A stretch of 63,545 nucleotides of DNA, counting the filler, from Octopus bimaculoides (lineage: Eukaryota): assembly GCF_001194135.2 (NCBI RefSeq). It is 10 parts of 10 records of this genome, joined end to end, with 100 filler letters (N's around TTAATTAATTAA, not from the genome) between each part and the next. Parts side by side here need not be neighbours in the genome. Positions count along the whole stretch, not along the records: positions 1 to 10,397 come from NC_068991.1; positions 10,498 to 17,670 come from NC_068992.1; positions 17,771 to 22,734 come from NC_069007.1; 7 more parts are not named here. One strand, written 5' to 3'. The position numbers and the translations under genes were made by a program. The notes beneath the pieces are model-generated. The model saw nothing but the letters and a program-made list of their open reading frames with translations, was not told the DNA's origin and made no database searches. Positions 10,088 to 20,055 of the stretch are shown piece by piece. Within the stretch, counting starts at the first letter, position 1, and each line of letters begins with the position of its first letter.

Positions 10088-10397
10088 CTAGCAGAAATAC
10101 CCGGTGTTGCCCGGGTTAAAGAGAATAATGAAATCTAAAAACGCCGTCTAGACTACGCATCATCTTTATATATAGAGATGTATATACACACACGCACCCA
10201 AACACACGTATATATATGTATATCAATATAAATATATGAAAGTCAATGAAGTTTCGTAAAAGAAGGTGATCATGTACATACTTTCTTGCTGTTGTGATTA
10301 TAACACCTCGTTGTAAACAATGTTCCTTGTTTTCCCTTGTGGAGCATATACAAATAGGTTTTTTTGCTGCCCACTCTTGAGCAGCCAACATACAGTT
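10088..10397 (-). mobile_element. Helitron 3' end: helicase C-terminus, terminal hairpin and CTAG
   Basis: Minus strand: LYVGCSRVGSKK/NLFVYAPQGKTRNIVYNEVL* (stop at 10298-10300, one frameshift). Terminal hairpin ACCCGG-GCAACA-CCGGGT, then ATTTCTG-CTAG|T at 10088-10091. The same terminus occurs at 27460. Confidence 0.88.
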
Positions 10398-10497
10398 NNN
10401 NNNNNNNNNNNNNNNNNNNNNNNNNNNNNNNNNNNNNNNNNTTAATTAATTAANNNNNNNNNNNNNNNNNNNNNNNNNNNNNNNNNNNNNNNNNNNN
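10398..10497. other. Assembly spacer N44-TTAATTAATTAA-N44 (gap of unknown size)
   Basis: The identical 12-mer within Ns occurs at 10442, 17715, 22779, 27551, 40174, 48106, 53527, 59250 and 61282; it has stops in all six frames. Confidence 0.97.
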
Positions 10498-10937
10498 CCT
10501 CACCACCACTTGACTACTGGTGTTGGTGTCCCCGTTACTTAGCAGTTTGGTCAAAGAGACTGATAGAGTAAGTACCAGGTTTGAATAAAAAAAAAACAAA
10601 AAAAAACACAAGTACCGTGGTCAATTGATTCGACTAAAGATTCAAGGCAGTGCTCCAGCATGGCCTTGAGTGACTGAAACAAGTTAAAGAAAAGAAATGA
10701 AAGAAAAAAAAGCTATGGGGGATACCATCAACAATGAGTCATAAACACATGACCACAATGCTGCAATGTGATTGGTTGTCTGTATTTAGTATTTTAACTT
10801 CTTTTTCTATGTGTGTTGTTCATTACAGCTTTAATGGGAATCCAGTAGAGATGTTTAGGCTATTCCAGGTATGCCAGGAATATGGTAAAATTGGGTTAAA
10901 GCACATGGAGATAAAATAAGAGAAACCTTGTGCTTAC

Positions 10938-11208
10938 CGTTATCTTCAGGCCTGGCATCAGTTTCTTCATTAATTACAATAGAAGGATCTGTTGTCTCTG
11001 GTTTAGAGATAACCCCAGATATGTCTTGTCGCAGCTCGACAATCTGTACATCAAGATCTGAGATTCGGTTCTTAAGCATATTATTCATTTGATGCAGTTC
11101 TTCAGATAACAGATGTTTCGAAGATAGCACATTCTGAAGTTCTTCTTTCAACGAATGCACATGTTTGGTTAGGAGTTTATTCTGTTCATTAAGTTGATAA
11201 ACAGTCTC
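10938..11208 (-). CDS. Internal exon of an unidentified membrane protein: coiled-coil segment
   Basis: Long polypyrimidine tract, aaatag|GAG and AACG|gtaagc; 271 nt, phase 0/1. Encodes ETVYQLNEQNKLLTKHVHSLKEELQNVLSSKHLLSEELHQMNNMLKNRISDLDVQIVELRQDISGVISKPETTDPSIVINEETDARPEDN with heptad-spaced Leu. Confidence 0.8.
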
Positions 11209-11320
11209 CTATTTCAAAAGAAAGAAAAAATTTTAAATGAAAACAAAAAAAAAAAAAGAGCAAAAAATATATCTTTTATCTTTGGCCACAGGGATATGGT
11301 ACCTTGCTTGAAAGTTGCTA

Positions 11321-11650
11321 ATGGCAACTGGCACTCTGTCAGTTACAATGACAGGTTTTCCAGTTGATCCGATCAACAGAACAACCTGCTCGTGAAATTA
11401 ACATGCAAGTGGCTAAGTACTCCACAGACACACATACAGTTAACATAGTTCTCAGGGAGATTCAGCGTGACACAGAATGTGACAAAGCTGGCCACCCCTT
11501 TCGAAATACAGGTGCAACTCATTTTTGCCCACTGAGTGGACTGGAGCAACGTGAAATAAAGTGCCCTGCTCAAGGACACAACGCGTCGGCTGGAATTGAA
11601 CTTATGACCTTACAATCATGAGCAGAATGCCGTAACCACTAAGACACACA
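11321..11650 (-). mobile_element. tRNA-headed SINE, family D
   Basis: The body GTTGATCCGATCAACAGAACAACCTGCTCGTGAAATTAAC is shared with 38518-38892. The tRNA-like head (reverse complement ..CTTAGTGGTTACGGCATTC..AAGTTCAATTCC) is at the right end. Confidence 0.7.
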
Positions 11651-11924
11651 CATTTCCGACAACAATGAAGGTGGAATTTTATTGCCCTCTCATCTTCTTT
11701 GTTATCCCCCCGTCTATGATGGACGCTCTCTTCTATCCTCTGCATCATGCCACCTGCTTAATGAGGAATGGCATTAGCTTGTTCTATAGTCAATACCTGC
11801 ATGGTCACCTGTTAATCACTTTACATCTCTCTCCTTATCATGGTGCCTGAATAAAGAGGGACGACATCAGAACTGTTGGGGCTCAACACCACTCACCATC
11901 TTGCTACCCATTTCCCTCTCTCTC

Positions 11925-12095
11925 ACCCTCTACCAATGACATTAGTTATCCTCCCTCTACCGATGACATTAGTTATCCTCCCTCTCTCCCCCTCCACTAT
12001 TGATATTCATTATTCTCCCTCTCTCTCTCCCCCTCTACCGATGGCATTCATTATTCTCCTCTCTCACTCTCTCCCCCTCCACCAATGGCATTCGT
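11925..12095. repeat. Degenerate 27-bp minisatellite (CCCTCTACCAATGACATTAGTTATCCT) in a pyrimidine-rich tract
   Basis: Two near-perfect units followed by diverged, CT-expanded units; visible as LPMTLVILP x2 in the spurious ORF. Confidence 0.7.
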
Positions 12096-13116
12096 TTCTC
12101 TCTCTCTCTCTCTCACCATTGCCTATTTCTATTGCTTTCTACTACTTTCTTTCTCACACTACTCTCTCCTCAATAACTCAATGTACACATGCATCAGCAA
12201 CTCTGCTTTATTACTCATTCTTCCATTATCCTGTCTTCCTACATATCTCCCTCTTCCATCATCACAACACTCAACATATAGCTGCCTATCATTGTCTCTC
12301 TTCCATTACTTCATCCCTCGCCACCCACTCACTCCAACCATTCTGTTTCTCCCATCAGATCCATGCTATTCTTTCTTTCACCCTCCAATACAGAGGAGGC
12401 AGGACTTTTTGATATTGTAGAAGATAAGGCAGCCTCTCTAGTGCTGGTGCCATGAAATAACGCACTGAGTATATTCTATAAAGTGGTTGGTGTAACGAAA
12501 GGTGTTCAGCCATAGAAAACATGCCAAAAATGGAACACAAAATTGCAGCACAGCCCCCCCACCCCCACCCACAATACAACTAACAGGGCAGGAACTCCAA
12601 ATAACAACTAAGATGGGATGTGATGACCTGTTCANNNNNNNNNNNNNNNNNNNNNNNNNNNNNNNNNNNNNNNNNNNNNNNNNNNNNNNNNNNNNNNNNN
12701 NNNNNNNNNNNNNNNNNNNNNNNNNNNNNNNNNNNNNNNNNNNNNNNNNNNNNNNNNNNNNNNNNNNNNNNNNNNNNNNNNNNNNNNNNNNNNNNATATA
12801 TATATATATATATATATATATAGACGTACCATCTGTTTTATTAGATTAGGATCATCTGTGGCAATGTTAAAATGAGTATCTCCTAAAAAATAAAATCACA
12901 AAAAGAAACAATTCAATTAATTGATTGATAAATTCAAATTAAATTTAAAAGAAAAAATTTTTTTATAAATTTGGTACAACAGTTACACATAAATTGAAGA
13001 ACTTGGGATCCTAATTAGCAGAGGGAGGTGGGGCGAAAGTAAATTTCAAACTGATTAGACAGTTCTATATTTGAACCAACAATGGAACTTCTATATGACA
13101 ATATCTATAAGAAACA

Positions 13117-13373
13117 ATAATGACAAAGGACTAAGAAATTATGTCGTGTCCTTCATTGGCTTACAGCTGTTTCTGCTATCAGATGCAAAGCACTCATACT
13201 TGAATGATTGTATTTCACCTTAAAGCTTCAAACATATTGCCCTTTATGTTTGAAATTCCATTGAATCTATATGATGATACACAAGCATTCAACGATGAGT
13301 GCATAGCATCTTATAGCAGAAACAGCTGTAAGCCAATGAAGTTGACGATACAATTTATTTCCTTTGTCATTAT
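13117..13373. repeat. Foldback repeat with about 97-bp arms, each carrying the 3' half of a hammerhead (GAAACAGCTGTA)
   Basis: 13117-13214 and 13277-13373 are imperfect reverse complements with a spacer of about 60 bp. Confidence 0.8.
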
Positions 13374-13614
13374 AATTTCATATCACTGCTCTGTACTTTG
13401 TTCTGAAGCATATGGATATTAAGTTCTAGCACAAGGTTATAAGGACCGTTATGCATAAGCAAAATGATAAAATAGCAGAAGATCCTCAAAATGTACAATG
13501 CCATTCCCTGTGTATCTGGTTTTATATCAGAGTGACCTTTAAAAAAAACCTATGGACTGCCTCACTCCCAGCAACTACGCACCAACTCAGAATTTCTGAG
13601 AGCCCAGCTACATA

Positions 13615-14134
13615 CAGTGTGACCCCCCAAAAAACAGAAACCATAAACATTTTATTAAATCCTACAAAGGTCCAGCAAATTTCTTGAAATTTACTGGACT
13701 TAAACTTCAGTCTGTGTACGATCATTCACTTTGTATAAGAGTCATGTTCTTTTCAAACTATGCTCCAAATGGCATACATTGCGCAAACACTTGCATACAT
13801 AGCACAAAATTCTCAATTACTCAAACACATTCCACTTTGGGGATTTCCCTGATTTCTGGTGTGATTGCTGCCTTCAGTTCATCAATTGTCTGGGGGTTGT
13901 TCTGGTAAACCTTATCCTTGAGACACCCTCAGATAAAAATCTGGGGGGGTTCAAGTCTGGTGAATGCAGTGTCCACTCAGTATCACACTTCCTGCTGATC
14001 AGCTCTCTCAGCCAGGCTAGGGAGTCATTTGATGCAGGGGGGGGGGCGTCTTGCTGGAATCACTGTTCATCTCAATCTATTCCCCTGCGTCATTTTATTC
14101 AAAGATTTCTAGGTTCTGTTTTGTTGGGGTCACC

Positions 14135-14137
<3 letters not shown>
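13615..14137 (-). mobile_element. Tc1/mariner internally deleted element (523 bp) with transposase C-terminal remnant
   Basis: TA|CAGTGTGACCCCCCAAAAAACAGAAACC ... GGTTCTGTTTTGTTGGGGTCACCCTG|TA. The minus strand reads FQQD..., EWTLHSPDLNPP, LKDKVYQNNPQTIDELKAAIT. Confidence 0.88.
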
Positions 14138-14166
<29 letters not shown>

Positions 14167-14537
14167 CCACCACTCAAGTCACAAGTGCAAAGTGTAAATA
14201 GCGTGCACAATGTTCTTAATGGTCAGTGATGGTTTTCCTTGGTCACGAGTAAACAGCCATCATCATCATCGTCATTATGTACTTGGTGCTGCGTAAAGGC
14301 ACCCAGTACACTCTGTAAAGTGGTTGATCTTAGGAAGAGCATCTAGCCATAGAAACCATGCCAAAACTGACATGGAGCCTGAACTGCCCTTCAGATGGTC
14401 AGCTTCTGTCAAACTATCCAACCCATGCCAGCATGGAAAATGGATGTTAAATGATGATCATGTGTATATACACACACACAAAAACACATCTGTTTCTCTA
14501 CTTATCTATCTATCTATCTCTCAATATACATATATAT

Positions 14538-14581
<44 letters not shown>

Positions 14582-15863
14582 AAAATAAAAAAATAAAGAG
14601 AGCAATGGTAAGGTTGGAGAAGTATTTTATGGATAGAGTCTTACAGCTGTTTCTGNNNNNNNNNNNNNNNNNNNNNNNNNNNNNNNNNNNNNNNNNNNNN
14701 NNNNNNNNNNNNNNNNNNNNNNNNNNNNNNNNNNNNNNNNNNNNNNNNNNNNNNNNNNNNNNNNNNNNNNNNNNNNNNNNNNNNNNNNNNNNNNNNNNNN
14801 NNNNNNNNNNNNNNNNNNNNNNNNNNNNNNNNNNNNNNNNNNNNNNNNNNNNNNNNNNNNNNNNNNNNNNNNNNNNNNNNNNNNNNNNNNNNNNNNNNNN
14901 NNNNNNNNNNNNNNNNNNNNNNNNNNNNNNNNNNNNNNNNNNNNNNNNNNNNNNNNNNNNNNNNNNNNNNNNNNNNNNNNNNNNNNNNNNNNNNNNNNNN
15001 NNNNNNNNNNNNNNNNNNNNNNNNNNNNNNNNNNNNNNNNNNNNNNNNNNNNNNNNNNNNNNNNNNNNNNNNNNNNNNNNNNNNNNNNNNNNNNNNNNNN
15101 NNNNNNNNNNNNNNNNNNNNNNNNNNNNNNNNNNNNNNNNNNNNNNNNNNNNNNNNNNNNNNNNNNNNNNNNNNNNNNNNNNNNNNNNNNNNNNNNNNNN
15201 NNNNNNNNNNNNNNNNNNNNNNNNNNNNNNNNNNNNNNNNNNNNNNNNNNNNNNNNNNNNNNNNNNNNNNNNNNNNNNNNNNNNNNNNNNNNNNNNNNNN
15301 NNNNNNNNNNNNNNNNNNNNNNNNNNNNNNNNNNNNNNNNNNNNNNNNNNNNNNNNNNNNNNNNNNNNNNNNNNNNNNNNNNNNNNNNNNNNNNNNNNNN
15401 NNNNNNNNNNNNNNNNNNNNNNNNNNNNNNNNNNNNNNNNNNNNNNNNNNNNNNNNNNNNNNNNNAGTCGAAGAAATCGCACCCAAGCCTTATTCTTTAT
15501 AAGCCTAGTACTTATTCTATCGGTTTCTTTTGCCGAACTGTTAAGTTACAGGAACGTAAATACACCAACATCAGTTGTCAAGAGATGGTGGGAGGACAAA
15601 CACAGATACACAAATACATACATACATACAACAGACTTCTTTCAGTTTCCGTCTACCTAATCCACTCACAAGGCTTTGGTCAGGCTGAGGCTATAGTAGA
15701 AGACATTTGTCCAAGGTGCCACACAGTGGGACTGAACCCAGAACCATGTGGTTAGTAAGCAAGCTTCTCACCTAGCAACTAGCTTGAGTCTGCCTTGTTT
15801 GCTTATAAACTTAAGCAGTATATTTGCTTAAAAAACAGCCACAAAAGGGTCACACTAACACAC

Positions 15864-16204
15864 TTGGTACTTCAAATGGTTCAAATGATTAACTTTACCA
15901 TAATAGTAATGTGTAGAGATAGCATGAAGGGCTCCAAGGGCCAAGACCAGAAATATGAGAAAACCGCACGACCATTTGGGGACGTTCCTCTGGTTGTTGA
16001 GAATCAGCGAAGACATTTCAGATTGTGATGAATGCATAGGGGTAGGTGTTGCACTGACAGTGGAAACGGTCTGACTGAACAGTTGAGAATCTGGTGGGTT
16101 TTGCTCAAACTCTTCTGCAGAAATGGACCCGGCATTGTTGCTGCACTCATCATCAGCATCACTTGCATCAGAGATACCATTTTTGCAGATAGCATTACCA
16201 AGAT
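15864..16204 (-). CDS. Internal exon of an unidentified membrane protein: acidic/Ser-rich region plus TM helix
   Basis: ctttcag|AT (phase 1); likely donor CAA|gtgtgt (phase 0, compatible with the 11208 exon). Encodes (D)LGNAICKNGISDASDADDECSNNAGSISAEEFEQNPPDSQLFSQTVSTVSATPTPMHSSQSEMSSLILNNQRNVPKWSCGFLIFLVLALGALHAISTHYYYGKVNHLNHLKYQ. Confidence 0.75.
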
Positions 16205-17490
16205 CTGAAAGATATAGATGCAAAAATCAAAATCATAACAATAATAATAATAATATATCTTCTGGAGGAGTTACCTCAATCCTTTCTATATAAACGAAAA
16301 TGAAGTAGATTGACAAATTTATTATTTGAACCAGTGGAAGACACGCAAGATGTCGAAATATTGTTCACGAGATAGCAAATGGCACTCTTCTTTTAATTTT
16401 GACTCTATATCTACAGGAGGAGTTACTTCATTCCTTTCTATATTATTAATAATAATAANNNNNNNNNNNNNNNNNNNNNNNNNNNNNNNNNNNNNNNNNN
16501 NNNNNNNNNNNNNNNNNNNNNNNNNNNNNNNNNNNNNNNNNNNNNNNNNNNNNNNNNNNNNNNNNNNNNNNNNNNNNNNNNNNNNNNNNNNNNNNNNNNN
16601 NNNNNNNNNNNNNNNNNNNNNNNNNNNNNNNNNNNNNNNNNNNNNNNNNNNNNNNNNNNNNNNNNNNNNNNNNNNNNNNNNNNNNNNNNNNNNNNNNNNN
16701 NNNNNNNNNNNNNNNNNNNNNNNNNNNNNNNNNNNNNNNNNNNNNNNNNNNNNNNNNNNNNNNNNNNNNNNNNNNNNNNNNNNNNNNNNNNNNNNNNNNN
16801 NNNNNNNNNNNNNNNNNNNNNNNNNNNNNNNNNNNNNNNNNNNNNNNNNNNNNNNNNNNNNNNNNNNNNNNNNNNNNNNNNNNNNNNNNNNNNNNNNNNN
16901 NNNNNNNNNNNNNNNNNNNNNNNNNNNNNNNNNNNNNNNNNNNNNNNNNNNNNNNNNNNNNNNNNNNNNNNNNNNNNNNNNNNNNNNNNNNNNNNNNNNC
17001 GACGCTCTTCCGATCTGTAAAGCAAAAGTCAAACATAAAATAATAAGAAGAAGAAGAAGAAGATAAGAAGATAATGAAGTAAAGAATTCCAGTTATCAAT
17101 TTGTGTTGCAAGATCCCTGATGTGAAATTGTGTGTTGAAACTGATATTGTTGTATTTCGGGATGGTCATTTTTACCTTTTTTTTTTGCCAGATAAACACA
17201 TACACTATACACAGGTTGTTGCCAACTTATGACCTATCGACTCTATGACAATTGGTGTCGCAGCAATAATAAATAGCCCAGTTGAAATCTAATGGGTTTA
17301 ATTTCTCAGAAATTAACCTGTCTACGGATGATGTCAGCTAACAAACACTTCCCCTAGGTTTGGTTATTGATCGCCACTGTGGTTATCCCAAGTGTCGCAT
17401 GAATATCTTGTTGCGGTGATGTCGAGGCAACCTTGGATTTGTTTATAAGACGACAGCTTGAGTCTCCGAAATTTTTGACTAACGTTAGTA

Positions 17491-17670
17491 TCTATATATA
17501 TAAAAATGAGAATGTGTGTCTGTCTGTCTGTCTGTGTGTGTGTGAATCCCTAAAACTCGAGAACTACGCAACCAATTTCATTCAAATTTTACAGATACCT
17601 TACTTAGGGTTCCAGTTGTGTTTTAGTCAAAACAAATTTTTAACTTCTTGCAGAGTTCGAGCCCACGGCA
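17491..17670 (+). mobile_element. Helitron 5' terminus (truncated by gap)
   Basis: A|TCTATATATATAAAAATGAG-(TGTC/TG)n-CCCTAAAACTCGAGAACTACGCAACCAATTTCATTCAAATTTT: 5' TC after A, with the layout common to animal non-autonomous Helitrons. Confidence 0.75.
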
Positions 17671-17770
17671 NNNNNNNNNNNNNNNNNNNNNNNNNNNNNN
17701 NNNNNNNNNNNNNNTTAATTAATTAANNNNNNNNNNNNNNNNNNNNNNNNNNNNNNNNNNNNNNNNNNNN

Positions 17771-17815
<45 letters not shown>

Positions 17816-19341
17816 CATATATATATACGTACACAGCGTGTTTGAGTGTATGTGTGTGCGCGCATGTAGTGTGTTCTTGTGTTCATTATTTCATAAATTT
17901 CCTATGCTTCTCACCACAACATGAAAGACACAATTTTAAGGTGACTTCGACATCTATAAATAAAAAATATATAACAACCCGTTATTGATAACTTATGTAT
18001 AATCACATAAATCTTATTGGTTATCTGATCGATAAAGGCGCCATTTCTGTGAAACAATAACCTCTCTCTACCACTGTCACCAACACGACCATTTACCATC
18101 CACACAGAATTGCCATTAAAATAACGTTGCTTTTATATATTTATGTGGGCCATCTGTATTTTTTTTTATTTGATCGTTCATTGCAAGAGGACGGCTATAA
18201 ATATTTCAATGGCTACTATTAAATATTTATTTAAGCGCCATAAAGACACGCACATATACATACATGCATACATAATACATACTTACATACATATATATAT
18301 TCATATATATATAAATATATATATATATACATACATGTATATAAATGTACATATATATACGTATGTGTATGTGCTTATGTATTTATGTATATGTATATGT
18401 GTGTATGCATGTGTATTTACATTTATATATATGTATGTATGTGTGTATATAAGCGTGTGTGTCTGAATATAATCCTTACGCTTAAACAAGCGTTTCAATC
18501 TTTCCACCTCCCTTCGGGGACCGTATAATAACAATGGAACAATGGAATAATAAACTCTCCGTTTTAATCTGTTAAATACTTTATTGGAAAGTTGTTAGTC
18601 CTCTTGATGATCCTTCGATTAAGATTAACATCATTACCTCCACCATCACCACCACCATCACTACCACTAACATCTTTGCCGTGTATGTGTATATATATAT
18701 ATATATANNNNNNNNNNNNNNNNNNNNNNNNNNNNNNNNNNNNNNNNNNNNNNNNNNNNNNNNNNNNNNNNNNNNNNNNNNNNNNNNNNNNNNNNNNNNN
18801 NNNNNNNNNNNNNNNNNNNNNNNNNNNNNNNNNNNNNNNNNNNNNNNNNNNNNNNNNNNNNNNNNNNNNNNNNNNNNNNNNNNNNNNNNNNNNNNNNNNN
18901 NNNNNNNNNNNNNNNNNNNNNNNNNNNNNNNNNNNNNNNNNNNNNNNNNNNNNNNNNNNNNNNNNNNNNNNNNNNNNNNNNNNNNNNNNNNNNNNNNNNN
19001 NNNNNNNNNNNNNNNNNNNNNNNNNNNNNNNNNNNNNNNNNNNNNNNNNNNNNNNNNNNNNNNNNNNNNNNNNNNNNNNNNNNNNNNNNNNNNNNNNNNN
19101 NNNNNNNNNNNTTGTTTAAAAGAGTTCCAACACTGTCTGTTTTTTATGTTTTATTTATATTCCTGCAGAACCAATGTGGGGTATAGAATATGGAATATAC
19201 AATATATAATATAATATACAATATATAATATAAAATAAAATAAAATAAAAATGGATGGCACCATGAAATAAAGTATTGAATGTAGATGAAATATTGAGTG
19301 TTCAATATAAAGGATCAAATATATAAATATAAATATATAAA

Positions 19342-19381
19342 GGCGACTCGAGTTTCAGAGCTATTTCCCTTCGTCATGGCC
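19342..19381 (-). ncRNA. Minimal type I hammerhead ribozyme motif
   Basis: Reverse complement: GGC-C(A)TGACGA-AGGG-aaatag-CTCT-GAAA-C-TCGA-G-TC-GCC. Stem I GGC/GCC, 4-bp stem II, palindromic ACTCGAGT helix III, GUC site; one extra A in the core. Confidence 0.65.
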
Positions 19382-19649
19382 GGTATGACAGACTTATATA
19401 TGTAGTTCTTTCTGTATAAATCAGCTGATGAATAACAAAACAAAACAGGAGTTACGTTATGACTTCCATTAGCTAAAAGCTGTTGCTGTTTCTGCAATAA
19501 AAAAAACAGGGCATTTGGAGCCCGAGATAGTACAAGTAATCAGCTCTGAGTGCCTTGCATCATACAACAGAAACAGCTGTAAGCTAATGGAGGTGTTACG
19601 TAACTCCTGCCCTTTTATCATTCATTCATTTGTTCATTTATATATATAT

Positions 19650-19970
19650 ATAAATGAAAATGAATACCAACAATCTTTTGTGTGCACAATTTGTGACAGA
19701 CCATACCTTTTTTGCGGGGCTCATATCGCATTTGTGAACCAATGAAAAACGAATCTCCACAAACTACTTTGCTTATCTATATGTGCATGCTTCTCAATGA
19801 TGTGTATACTATAGAGCCTGCAAATCTAACAGAGGCCTCAAAAGCCATTTTAAGATCCACAAAGATCAGAACCTAATTGCAGTTCTTGGTGGTCCAAAGC
19901 AGATATGCAATTTATGTGGGTATCTTTTCAAATCATTGTCTGGTTTAAAAAGCCACATCAGACGCCATGA
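19650..19970 (+). pseudogene. Decayed ORF with three C2H2 zinc fingers followed by a (TACA)n/(CA)n tail; probably a LINE 3' end
   Basis: FVCTICDRPYL/FAGLISHL*T..; *CVYYRACKSNRGLKSHFKIH; QICNLCGYLFKSLSGLKSHIRRH. No TGEKP linkers; frameshift and stops present. Confidence 0.65.
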
Positions 19971-20055
19971 TACATACATACATACATACATACATACACA
20001 CTCACTCACACACACACACACACACACACTCACACACTCACACACTCACACACGT

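Noticed and set aside
17990-18130. Candidate upstream exon of the TM gene (NSVWMVNGRVGDS(G)|gtagag)
   Set aside because: The phase would fit, but the donor is weak, no clear acceptor is visible and there is no homology support.
18478-18570. Possible phase-1 exon of the minus-strand gene (LKRRVYYSIVPLLLYGPRREVERLKRLFK|gtaagg)
   Set aside because: The peptide resembles the LINE post-RT motif K.RVY..IV.P.LLYG, so it is more likely a retroelement remnant.
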